NCBI GenBank assembly: GCA_004524435.1
Contig: SDNO01000002.1
Span: 1 to 44,948 of the forward strand
Source of the DNA: Candidatus Thorarchaeota archaeon
GTDB lineage: Archaea; Asgardarchaeota; Thorarchaeia; Thorarchaeales; Thorarchaeaceae
Direction of reading: 5' to 3'
Length of the DNA stretch: 44,948 nucleotides
Numbering within the stretch: position 1 is the first letter of the stretch; each line of letters begins with the position of its first letter. Under the pieces are notes generated by a model that had not been told where the DNA came from, did not search any database, and saw only the letters and a program-made list of their open reading frames with translations. The translations under genes were made by a program, and so were the position numbers. Shown in pieces: positions 27,730 through 36,212 of this stretch.

Positions 27730-28818
27730 CTAGCGCTCTCTCTTCCCTTCAATGAACTCGTCTACTCTGTCTCTCGCCTCGAAGTCATCAATCTGGTATC
27801 GCGGGTGCTTGAAACTGTACGATGATATACTAGAGAGCTCTCCACCGATTCCTCTGTCCAGTCCTATCTTGATGGCACGAATGACATCAATGATGACTCC
27901 TGCACTATTTGGGGAGTCCTGCACAGACAACTTCAGGTTTAGGTCCAGGGGCAAGTCTCCAAAGGCTCTGGCTCGCATCGTGATATAGCAGACCTTGTTG
28001 TCTCCCAAGAATGGAACATAGTCACTGGGACCAATCTTGGTCGGCAGTTCGTATTTCACACAGCTTGTGACAGCCTCGGTCTTGCTAACCCTCTTTGATT
28101 TCAGGCGGTCCTCTACTTGCATGTTCTCGAAGTCAGTGTTTCCTCCGATGTTCAGCTGGTAGGTGTTATCTAGTACAAGCCCCCTCTTATCGTAGAGTTG
28201 TGCGAGAACTCTGTGCAGAATTGTAGCACCGAGCTGGCTCTTGATGTCATCACCCGCACAGGGTAGACCCTTTTCCTTGAAGCCCTTTGCAATGGGATCG
28301 TCGGGATCAGAAACGATGAACTCCGGTATTGCATTGATGAATCCTATTCCTGCATCGAGGGCGGCCTTGGCATAGTGTCTGGAGCCTTCGGCACTGCCTA
28401 CAGGAAGATAGCTGACCAGAACATCCGCATCAGCCTTCTTCAACTCCTCAGCAACATCCACCGGTTCTATTTCGTCCTCATCATATGCGAAGAACGATTC
28501 TCTCATGTGGGGGGCTACTCCGTCGGAAATGGGGCCGGGTAGCACCTTCACGCCTGACTTCGGAAGATCAGGCGCAAACTTCCAGCAGCAGTTGGGCTCA
28601 GCCCAGATGGCATCTGCTATGTCTAGTCCTATCTTCTTCCTATTAGCCTCGAAAACTGCAACAAACTTCAGATCCTTGGGGAAATATCCTCCAAAATCAA
28701 CATGCATTAGGCCAGGTATCTCTTCATCTGCCTTGGCGTTCCTGTAATAGTGTACGCCTTGTACTAATGCGGAGGCACAATTGCCAAGTCCTGCTATTGC
28801 GACACGAATGTCTCCCAT
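27730..28818 (-). CDS. ino1: myo-inositol-1(3)-phosphate synthase
   Basis: GLGNCASALVQG, YLPVGS, GDDIKSQLGAT, GGNTDF, DSPNSAG. Confidence 0.96.
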   Translation of the reverse strand: MGDIRVAIAGLGNCASALVQGVHYYRNAKADEEIPGLMHVDFGGYFPKDLKFVAVFEANRKKIGLDIADAIWAEPNCCWKFAPDLPKSGVKVLPGPISDGVAPHMRESFFAYDEDEIEPVDVAEELKKADADVLVSYLPVGSAEGSRHYAKAALDAGIGFINAIPEFIVSDPDDPIAKGFKEKGLPCAGDDIKSQLGATILHRVLAQLYDKRGLVLDNTYQLNIGGNTDFENMQVEDRLKSKRVSKTEAVTSCVKYELPTKIGPSDYVPFLGDNKVCYITMRARAFGDLPLDLNLKLSVQDSPNSAGVIIDVIRAIKIGLDRGIGGELSSISSYSFKHPRYQIDDFEARDRVDEFIEGKRER

Positions 28819-28877
28819 GAGTATCTCACCGACTATTCTATGAGCATAAAATAGCTGGACCTTTTAAGACTATCGAG

Positions 28878-29693
28878 CTAGTCATCGGTCGATTCGTCGT
28901 CTTCTTTGTCTACATAGTCTGAAAAGAGAACCTTTCTAGCAGCGGCAACCGTCTTGGGTCCGATTCCGGATACCTCCTCCCATTCATCGATTCTCCTCAC
29001 TACCTCAAAGGGGCTACCAAAGAGATTGAGTAGTGCTTTTGCCCTAACGACATTCACACTTGGGAAGCCTGCTATGAAGAACTCTTGCTCATCAGCCATG
29101 GAGTCTAGCCCCTTTCGTGTTCTCACAACCGGCAATCGGGTGCCACTCTCATCTTTATATCTGTCATCCGGAAATAGGACACCATATATGAGGCCAGCAG
29201 AATGGAGTGCATTGAAGCCCTCCAAGACCTCAATACCTCTCTCTTTTACACTCTCTATCAATGCATCAAAAGCGGAGGGGTGGATGTAACTCACTCGTTC
29301 CATCGTAACCATGAATGGTTTGTTCTTTGACTTGTTGCTCTTGAAGGGAATGTATACACACCCCTTGACCGGGTCTCTTCTGATCGAGAGGACATTCTCA
29401 ATCAAGAGGTAGGGTTTCTCGTATTCGAGAAGAGCATCCATCTGCTTCTGAAATCGCGGCACACCCGCTGCACTCCCCTTCAGCGTGTTGACGAGGTCGT
29501 TGACCGTCTTTCGCTCGATTGCGATTCCCTCTGGACCTAGAACATCGCCAATAGGGATCTTCTGTATCGTGTATTGTATCTCTTCCTTATCCAGCATTGA
29601 CATCAAGTGCTTTACGGAGTTCATCCGTTTGCCGCCCGTCTCATGAACGTCGATGACAACGACAGGCACGTTACCAAACAAATCAGTCTGCAT
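28878..29693 (-). CDS. ERCC4/XPF-type structure-specific endonuclease (nuclease + HhH2, no helicase)
   Basis: 'IDVHE...GD...IERKTVNDL'; HhH 'VSGIGPKT'. Confidence 0.88.
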   Translation of the reverse strand: MQTDLFGNVPVVVIDVHETGGKRMNSVKHLMSMLDKEEIQYTIQKIPIGDVLGPEGIAIERKTVNDLVNTLKGSAAGVPRFQKQMDALLEYEKPYLLIENVLSIRRDPVKGCVYIPFKSNKSKNKPFMVTMERVSYIHPSAFDALIESVKERGIEVLEGFNALHSAGLIYGVLFPDDRYKDESGTRLPVVRTRKGLDSMADEQEFFIAGFPSVNVVRAKALLNLFGSPFEVVRRIDEWEEVSGIGPKTVAAARKVLFSDYVDKEDDESTDD

Positions 29694-29695
29694 AC

Positions 29696-30334
29696 CTAGT
29701 CCTCTTCAAATAGGGTCATAACAGCAGCCATGGATACTTCCCTCGCAAGATTTCCGTCGTCTGACGATCCGATGACAATTGCATCGCCATCTTCAGGTCT
29801 TAGGCTGTCAGTTATGAGGAGTGTTTCTTCTGGGTAGGTGCTCAGTATGTTGAAATCATCCGGCGGCATGAGCAATAGTCCTTCTTTCATCACGAGAGTT
29901 GTGGCTCCGGCATTGCCTGCGCCCCCTTGAATGATTGCCTCATCTCTCTGTCTGATGCCGTCCACAACTGACTCTGCCTTTCCTTTGACTATGTTGGCGA
30001 AGGACTGTTTGAAGACGGTCAGGTTGCCGACGTTCAAGAACAGGCCTAGTGGCACATCATTGGTCAGGTCCTCAAAGAGCGAAGCGCCCTCTGCCGTCAG
30101 TTTTTGTCCCTGTCTTCCTTCGGGTGTGATATATCCACTGTCTGCCAGTCTTCTGAGTAGCGTCCTGACACTGCCCTCCCCTATCGACATGTTCTCGCAG
30201 AGCTCATATCTGCCTAGGGGCTGCTGCCGGCCTATCATCACCGTTGCCACGGCGACATGGTACGGTTTGAAGACAGGGGGAACTCTCCCGTCCGCCGGTA
30301 ATGCTAGTTCAGTGAGTGTGTCTTTCCAGTGCAC
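29696..30334 (-). CDS. Winged-helix protein with DUF4443-like C-terminal domain
   Basis: 'LGRYELCENMSIGEGSVRTLLRRL'; 'GIRQRDEAI..G...GATTL'; GTG start 30334 preferred. Confidence 0.75.
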   Translation of the reverse strand: MHWKDTLTELALPADGRVPPVFKPYHVAVATVMIGRQQPLGRYELCENMSIGEGSVRTLLRRLADSGYITPEGRQGQKLTAEGASLFEDLTNDVPLGLFLNVGNLTVFKQSFANIVKGKAESVVDGIRQRDEAIIQGGAGNAGATTLVMKEGLLLMPPDDFNILSTYPEETLLITDSLRPEDGDAIVIGSSDDGNLAREVSMAAVMTLFEED

Positions 30335-30375
30335 GACGAGCCAAACTCCATAGTGCTCTCCACCCGGCCTGTATT

Positions 30376-30969
30376 TTACTCTTCGGTCCATTCCAGCCGG
30401 TCATCCTGCATTGACCATATCGATACGCCAAGGTCCTGCTTGATGGCGGCTTCCAGTCTTGGCACTGCTAGGGGTAGTAGCAGGGCATTGGACAGAATGT
30501 GGACGATGGTGAACGGGGCTCCCGAAAGGACTGCTATCCAATATGGGATGCCAAACGCGAGTGAGTAGCCTGCATTTGTCAATAGATCGAAGATCAGCGT
30601 TGTGAAGGAACCCACTCCCGCCAACTTGAGCCTCCCAGGCCGACCATGCGAACTCACGATTTCACCTTTGCCCAGAACGGCCGCAGTTGCACAGACATAG
30701 CTCCAACCGATGACTTGGAATATCCAAATCTGTGGGATGAAGCCCCCCCAGGGGTTGATCATCCCGAAGACCAATGACATCAGTAGAGCGACCCAGATTC
30801 CCATATTGAGGCCGAACACATATGCCGTCACGAAGAGAATGGTTGTCCCGAATTCTACACTAGGGACTGCCACCAATGCATAATTGCCCACTAGGGCAAG
30901 GGCTGTCATCACGGAAGCGAGGGCAACCCATTTGCTCCTGGAGATGTATGTGTCTTTCTCCTCTGACAT
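30376..30969 (-). CDS. ECF transporter S component (CbrT-like)
   Basis: 'VPSVEF', 'GFIPQIWIFQVIGW', 'GAPFTIVHILSN'; about 6 TM helices. Confidence 0.75.
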   Translation of the reverse strand: MSEEKDTYISRSKWVALASVMTALALVGNYALVAVPSVEFGTTILFVTAYVFGLNMGIWVALLMSLVFGMINPWGGFIPQIWIFQVIGWSYVCATAAVLGKGEIVSSHGRPGRLKLAGVGSFTTLIFDLLTNAGYSLAFGIPYWIAVLSGAPFTIVHILSNALLLPLAVPRLEAAIKQDLGVSIWSMQDDRLEWTEE

Positions 30970-30985
30970 CTTCAAGCCTCCATGA

Positions 30986-31747
30986 TTACTTCTTCGTGAT
31001 GAGGGCCGCGCCCACTAGGAGCACCGCGGCAATGCCCGCTCCTCCTAGTCCTACAATCATGAAAAGGAGGCCTAGCGGAACAGGCTTGACCGGTTCTTTT
31101 ATCGATGACAATTCAAGGGTCAGGATGTAGGGCACTCCGAAGGAATATGATGTGTTGCAGAACACTAGAACTCCTGTTTCTAGGTCATACGCGAGTTCTG
31201 TCTGTTGAGGCGCACCAAACTCAACTGGGTCTTGAACATAGTCGAAGAAGACGCACTCGTGGGTGTGATTTGAAGCATCTAGTTCCCTCAGCGAGACCTG
31301 TATGGAGCCATTCATGTAGTTTCCACTCTTGCGCGCAGCTGCCTCTTGAGCGGTCTCGTTCAGACGTTCGACAGCCTCTGGGTCGATGGGAATAATTAGC
31401 CCCGGGAAGAATGGAGTCTTTCCCCATACACCAAGCACCAGTTCGATTCCGATTCGGGTGTTATTTGCCTGTGTAGTGAGATTTCCTATTGTGAGATTGC
31501 CAGCTATCTCTGGACTCACAGAGGTAACCTCATACTCGACCTTTGATCCCTTCTCCGCAAGCCACGTCTCGGATCCTGACCAGCCCCACGCAAAAGGGAC
31601 TGATGGACTATCGATTACATTCCACTCAATGATTGTATTGCCATTCTGTGAGGGTATTAGGCATTCGTGGTAGTTGACCGGGAGGAGCACTATCGCCAGC
31701 GTCAATGTTGCCCATATGGCTGATTGTCTGATGATGTTGCTTGGCAA
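30986..31747 (-). CDS. Secreted, C-terminally membrane-anchored protein
   Basis: Signal peptide, several N-x-S/T sequons, 'YDLETGVL', C-terminal TM followed by KK. Confidence 0.75.
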   Translation of the reverse strand: MPSNIIRQSAIWATLTLAIVLLPVNYHECLIPSQNGNTIIEWNVIDSPSVPFAWGWSGSETWLAEKGSKVEYEVTSVSPEIAGNLTIGNLTTQANNTRIGIELVLGVWGKTPFFPGLIIPIDPEAVERLNETAQEAAARKSGNYMNGSIQVSLRELDASNHTHECVFFDYVQDPVEFGAPQQTELAYDLETGVLVFCNTSYSFGVPYILTLELSSIKEPVKPVPLGLLFMIVGLGGAGIAAVLLVGAALITKK

Positions 31748-31753
31748 AGATAT

Positions 31754-32257
31754 CTACTTCCTCACTGATAGTCGTAGAACGATCAAGAACACAACTGCTG
31801 CCAATCCTACTAGGGGAAGTCCGAATAGAAGGGACCTGTCGATTTCGCCCGGCGTTGTGGTGGTGGTTGCGGTTGTTTCTGCGGGTCCAAAACGCCATTC
31901 AATGGTGTCCCCATGCTCAACTGAATAGTGATTTGCAGCTACAGACCCAATATCACCGTTGACCCAATACTGCCACCAAAGACCAAGTTCCGGATCATTT
32001 GCAACGCTAGCGATGGAAGTCACGAAAGCCATGTTTCCATACCATTCGTACTCAATATCGACAACTTCCTCTGTCACGTTCAGTACTGTAGAGCCCTGCA
32101 ATTCCTCATATGAACTGAGTGTCCCATTCCCGAAGTCAAGTATCAGACTCAGGTTATCTGCGTCTGCAATCCTAATTCCCTCAGTCTCTGTTCTGACCGT
32201 CATTGGTACCGTGAGTGATAGTACTGCCACCATTATTATGATCAGATGCATCCGCAC
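31754..32257 (-). CDS. DUF4430 (transcobalamin C-terminal-like) surface protein
   Basis: 'FVTSIA..V.N...WWQYWVNG...VAANHYSV..GD.IEW'; signal peptide, Thr-rich linker, C-terminal TM. Confidence 0.85.
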   Translation of the reverse strand: MRMHLIIIMVAVLSLTVPMTVRTETEGIRIADADNLSLILDFGNGTLSSYEELQGSTVLNVTEEVVDIEYEWYGNMAFVTSIASVANDPELGLWWQYWVNGDIGSVAANHYSVEHGDTIEWRFGPAETTATTTTTPGEIDRSLLFGLPLVGLAAVVFLIVLRLSVRK

Positions 32258-32269
32258 GATTATCCACCA

Positions 32270-32316
32270 GTTGTAGGATTGGTTAACCTACAACCTCTTG
32301 GAATCGGATTTAAGAA
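32270..32316 (-). promoter_or_regulatory. TATA-like box (32308-32316) and 8-bp inverted repeat (32270-32294) upstream of the DUF4430/ECF operon
   Basis: TTCTTAAAT on minus strand; GTTGTAGG-N9-CCTACAAC. Confidence 0.55.
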
Positions 32317-32404
32317 TTGTCATTGGTCAGAGTGCAGCCTGACGTCTGGAATGCTGCTGTCATTCGGGAGCCTTTGAGATACGGGTCGCTGGATATGTGA
32401 ACTC

Positions 32405-32418
32405 TGCAAGGGGACCAA
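32405..32418 (+). repeat. 14-bp intergenic motif TGCAAGGGGACCAA
   Basis: Exact reverse complement at 34879-34892. Confidence 0.7.
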
Positions 32419-32686
32419 GTTAAGAACGAACGCGATTGCACGCCGCATACGCGATGTTTCTTAAAGAGAGTTTACCCAGACGACTTTCCGCTCCATGGAG
32501 ACTGACTCTCCAGCCGAAGGCGTTCATATGACATTCAGTTATGCGTCCCCTTCAAGTCCTATCAGGATATAGACGATTCTTCGAAAATATACGTTTTGGC
32601 GGCATATCCTTCTCTCTCTTCACCGAAGAACCTAAAACTATCTGAACTCCGACAACTCTTGTTTGTTGGTCTTGCGGTGACTGCTC

Positions 32687-33340
32687 TTGAATGATGATAA
32701 GTACAAGCGACTGGACAGAGGGTTTCTCTTCGTCTTTGAGGGCATTGATGGCGCCGGCAAGACCGTGGTTGCAGATAGGATATCTCAGGAGCTGACATCA
32801 GAAGGATTCGACATTGTGCGTCTTCGAGAGCCGACCAATGAGAGCCCGTGGGGTCAGGAGATTCGGCAGAGGTCGCCCGAAGGAGAACTCAGTCCGGAGG
32901 AGGAGCTTACCCTCTTCATTAAGGACCGCCGGTGGCACGTCAGAGAACGGATTCGTCCCGCATTAGAGCAGAACAAAATCGTCCTATTGGATCGCTATTT
33001 CTTTGCGACCGGGGCCTATCAATCAGTCAGCACAGGTATCTCCTGGCAAGACATTCTGAGAAGAAACCGTGTTGAGATATCTCCTCCTGAACCAGACCTA
33101 GTATTTGTTCTGGATCTTCCTGCCGAGGAGGGTCTCTCTCGTATCACTGGTCGAGGCTGCAAGACAAACAAGCAATTCGAACAACTTGATCGTCTGGTCA
33201 GAGTCCGTCAGGCCTATCTGGAGATGAGCCGTGAAGACGAGGCCAACTACTGTGTTGTGGATGCGGTAGAACCTCTGAAAGATGTGGTGGGCCGAGTTCT
33301 ATCCAGAATCCATCAGGAACTGTCTGAACACGTCATATAA
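32687..33340 (+). CDS. tmk: Thymidylate (dTMP) kinase
   Basis: FEGIDGAGKT, REP, LDRY, AYQ, PDL. Confidence 0.95.
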   Translation: MNDDKYKRLDRGFLFVFEGIDGAGKTVVADRISQELTSEGFDIVRLREPTNESPWGQEIRQRSPEGELSPEEELTLFIKDRRWHVRERIRPALEQNKIVLLDRYFFATGAYQSVSTGISWQDILRRNRVEISPPEPDLVFVLDLPAEEGLSRITGRGCKTNKQFEQLDRLVRVRQAYLEMSREDEANYCVVDAVEPLKDVVGRVLSRIHQELSEHVI

Positions 33341-33457
33341 TCGAAAACCCAATTCGCGGTCGAAAAAGTGACAAGCTTTTTTAGATAGACAACGTGCATC
33401 GTATTGAGAAATATCTCCCCGCAGGCCTTGCCTCAAGGGACCGGGAGTAAGAAAAGA

Positions 33458-34597
33458 ATGCCCGTTGCGATGCTCTTAATCGATTGGGACAGTAAGATTG
33501 GCGCCGTTTTGAAGGCGAAAGTCCCGGATGACTTTGCGGACTACTACCGTGAAGACCTGAATACTGAAGCCATGAGGATCTTCACTTCACACGCAATGGG
33601 TGATGCCACTGCGGGATTCTCTACTCTCAGCGTCAGAGTAGGCGGTGAAGAGTACAATGTGGCCTCCTACTACACTGGGATTGTGCGAGAAGAGGAGCAA
33701 TACTGCGTCTCTCTCTTGCTAACACCATCTGAAGATCCTAAGACGTATGAGGCTGCCATCACATCCGTGGTGTCTCCCATCACAAATGCAGTCATATCCA
33801 TGACAGATGCAGAACTTCAGGAAGAACTCGACAACACGTATCGAAGAATCATACGTCTAGCCGGTATGACAGATGAGAGTCGTTTGGCGCGCTTGTTCTA
33901 CGATGAGGTCTCTCGTGCTGTGTTTCCGAAGCTCTGGAAAGGTGGCATCTCCAAAGAGGATTTAGAAGAGTGGCTCAAAATGGTCACTGGGCTTCCCAGT
34001 GTCAGTGTTGACTCGATACTCTCTCCATTCGAGGAGTTGGGCTTGGTCAAGAGCGAGTGGGTTGACGAGATTGGCCGGACTTGTGTGTTCATGATCAAAG
34101 ACCTTGAGGTCTTCAGAGCTCCACCTCTCACTGCGATGGAATCCGCAGCCGAGATTCTGGATCCTGAGCTTGCTGCTCAGTACAAGGCAGAGGTACTGGA
34201 GTTTCTCACGGAATGGAAGAAGACACCTGAAGATACAGTGGCTATCGCTGAGGTACTCGCAGATCCGGATTGCTATGATGTGTTGACCGAACTCCGGACC
34301 CGCCCAGTGAGCGTTGCGGAGCTGGAGGCATCCCTTGGTATTCCTCCCAAGGAGCTCAGAGCTGCAATCGAGACTCTCAAGAAGTACCGTGTGATCTCAG
34401 AAAAGAGGCGGAAGGGCGCCTCTGGCGAGTTTGACAAGTGGCTCTTCCTGCTGAACGACATCCGAGTACGGCTCTTCTTCCCTGAGTACTTCCTTCAAGA
34501 TCTCATCACCGAGCTTGAGAAGACCCCAGATGACTCTCGTGCTCGAGAGATGGTCCACCAGCATCTGCGCCTCTTGCGAGACAATTTCCCAAGGTGA
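33458..34597 (+). CDS. Longin/uDENN-like domain protein with winged-helix C-terminus
   Basis: 'MLLIDWDSKIGAVLKAKVPDDF' start typical of uDENN/NPR2-type longins; 'VSVAELEASLGIPPKELRAAIETLKKYRVI'. Confidence 0.6.
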   Translation: MPVAMLLIDWDSKIGAVLKAKVPDDFADYYREDLNTEAMRIFTSHAMGDATAGFSTLSVRVGGEEYNVASYYTGIVREEEQYCVSLLLTPSEDPKTYEAAITSVVSPITNAVISMTDAELQEELDNTYRRIIRLAGMTDESRLARLFYDEVSRAVFPKLWKGGISKEDLEEWLKMVTGLPSVSVDSILSPFEELGLVKSEWVDEIGRTCVFMIKDLEVFRAPPLTAMESAAEILDPELAAQYKAEVLEFLTEWKKTPEDTVAIAEVLADPDCYDVLTELRTRPVSVAELEASLGIPPKELRAAIETLKKYRVISEKRRKGASGEFDKWLFLLNDIRVRLFFPEYFLQDLITELEKTPDDSRAREMVHQHLRLLRDNFPR

Positions 34598-34762
34598 AAG
34601 AGGCAATCTGCACAGGTTATGTCCGGTCTTTCATTCGCTTCTGACGGGACTGAAGAATAGGTCTCCTATCCATTCTTTACTCCGATACTAAGACATGACG
34701 GGCTATCTCAACCAAGGTAGAAGACAGGCAAAGTTCTTATGTGGTGAATGTGTTCAGAATAC

Positions 34763-35076
34763 TGCGGTTCCGAGTTTGCTCGGATTTCCGCATTTCGAAT
34801 GCTCAAATGCAGGGCGTGTGAATTCCCCGTCGGAAACTCGCATTCGCAACATTGGTCCCAAAATTTGAGTTTCTAGCATTGGTCCCCTTGCAAGATCCCC
34901 TTGCAAACTTGCGCATACTGAATTCTTTCGTGCGCCTTGTGATTGGGCTGGTCTATATGACCTGACGGATGCGGAAGGTTCGCCACTACGGCCCTTGGCC
35001 TGGCGAGCCCCGCTCCTACATTTTGGAAGCAGAGAGTCTGATAGTGCTTGGCAGATGACGAATCATCTCAGGCACG
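34763..35076 (+). ncRNA. Putative structured non-coding RNA, family unknown
   Basis: At least five hairpins, some with G-U pairs; TATA-like TTCTTAT at 34734-34740; no ORF >=60 aa in the gap. Confidence 0.4.
34850..34906 (+). repeat. Nested short direct repeats
   Basis: CATTGGTCCC at 34850 and 34877; TCCCCTTGCAA at 34883 and 34896. Confidence 0.7.
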
Positions 35077-35114
35077 ACTTGACAAGGAGAATGAATTGAT
35101 TTCGTCACAGGCCT

Positions 35115-36047
35115 CTACTTCTCTATCGCCTTTCGAAAGTATAGGAGAGTGTATACCTCTCTGTAGCCTAGTTTGTGATAGAGCGAGATAGCCGGTTCTG
35201 CCTCACTATGCACTAAAAGGGATGACCTAGTTATCCCCATGTCAGCAGCTCTAGCCAAGACCGCTTTCAATATATGGGTTCCAAACCCTCTACCTCTGTC
35301 CTGTGACGCGACCCCAAAGCCTTGGATCAACAGGTTCTTTTCCTCCGATGCTTCCCCCTTGTCCAGTAGACGCCCGTGGCAATAAGAGACTATTTCTCCA
35401 TTGTGAGTCCCTACTAGACTGAGTTCTCCAACGAAATCGTCCCGTTTTCTCAACTCTTCGTAGAAGTCGGAGGTAACAGGCACATAACGGAAGTGGCCCT
35501 CGAAGAGTCGATTCTGTAAGTCCGCCCATTGGGACGAATCCACGCCCTCTGCCTTCCTGATCTCATATTCGGGAATGGCTGTGGGGTGAGTGAAATTCCG
35601 AAGACTACGCAATACCATTCTCTTTAGCCCCCCAACCTTGACACATCCCCAGTTCTTCGCGGCATTGATGGCATATTCTCTGAAGCTCGGGACGATGCAT
35701 ACAAAGGCATCGAAGTCTTTCTGCTGATCCATGGACTCTTCAAGCAGAGCGGTACCTATCCCTTGCTGTCTGAAATCTGGATGGACATGAAGGCGCATCA
35801 ACAACTCCCCCGTCCTGCGTCTGTCTGGGAAGAACACCGATGAACCGATGAGTCTGCCCTCGGAATCTCTGGCAAGAATTGCATTCTCTTCTGGCTTACT
35901 CCCGTGTCTAGAAAAGAGAAGCCGTAAGTAATCCCCATCGATATCCCGATGATCCGTATCATCTTGGCTAGTCACTGCGTTATATAGGTCTGCAAGATCT
36001 TCAAGCATATCATTGGAGCCTTTCTCAAGCGATATCATCCCACTCAC
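35115..36047 (-). CDS. Tandem GNAT acetyltransferase (MshD-like architecture)
   Basis: 'VHPDFRQQGIGTALL' and 'VASQDRGRGFGTHIL...AISLYHKLGY'; start moved to GTG 36047. Confidence 0.85.
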   Translation of the reverse strand: MSGMISLEKGSNDMLEDLADLYNAVTSQDDTDHRDIDGDYLRLLFSRHGSKPEENAILARDSEGRLIGSSVFFPDRRRTGELLMRLHVHPDFRQQGIGTALLEESMDQQKDFDAFVCIVPSFREYAINAAKNWGCVKVGGLKRMVLRSLRNFTHPTAIPEYEIRKAEGVDSSQWADLQNRLFEGHFRYVPVTSDFYEELRKRDDFVGELSLVGTHNGEIVSYCHGRLLDKGEASEEKNLLIQGFGVASQDRGRGFGTHILKAVLARAADMGITRSSLLVHSEAEPAISLYHKLGYREVYTLLYFRKAIEK

Positions 36048-36212
36048 ATTGATACCGCTCCCATCATGGGATATTAGCCTGATGGACGGCTCCGCTATTC
36101 GGTGCCTTGGATATGACTGAGATAACAATGAGTCCGTCAAGGATTGATTTACATATACATTGAAGGAAGATTCCCAAGGATAGACCATCTTCGTAGCATC
36201 GGTGAACAGGCC

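Noticed and set aside
32320-32686. Cobalamin riboswitch upstream of the DUF4430/ECF operon
   Set aside because: No B12-box-like sequence on the minus strand, and the TATA-like box lies downstream of this region.
32405-34892. Composite transposon bounded by the 14-bp inverted repeats
   Set aside because: The enclosed genes are tmk and a longin-like gene; no transposase or evident target-site duplication.
34850-34906. Mini CRISPR array
   Set aside because: Repeats are only 10-11 bp, irregularly spaced, and no cas genes are present.
34940-35013. SRP RNA helix 8 (minus-strand GTCAGGTC...GACCAGCC or GCCAGGCC)
   Set aside because: Lacks the GNRA tetraloop and the AGCA of the symmetric loop; an Rfam search is still advisable.
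35044-35075. SECIS element (ATGA...AA hairpin)
   Set aside because: ATGA is fully Watson-Crick paired with no GA quartet, and no adjacent gene shows a convincing in-frame TGA.
34830-35100. RNase P RNA (GGAAACTC, GGAAGGTT resemble CR-I)
   Set aside because: No matching CR-V sequence able to form P4.
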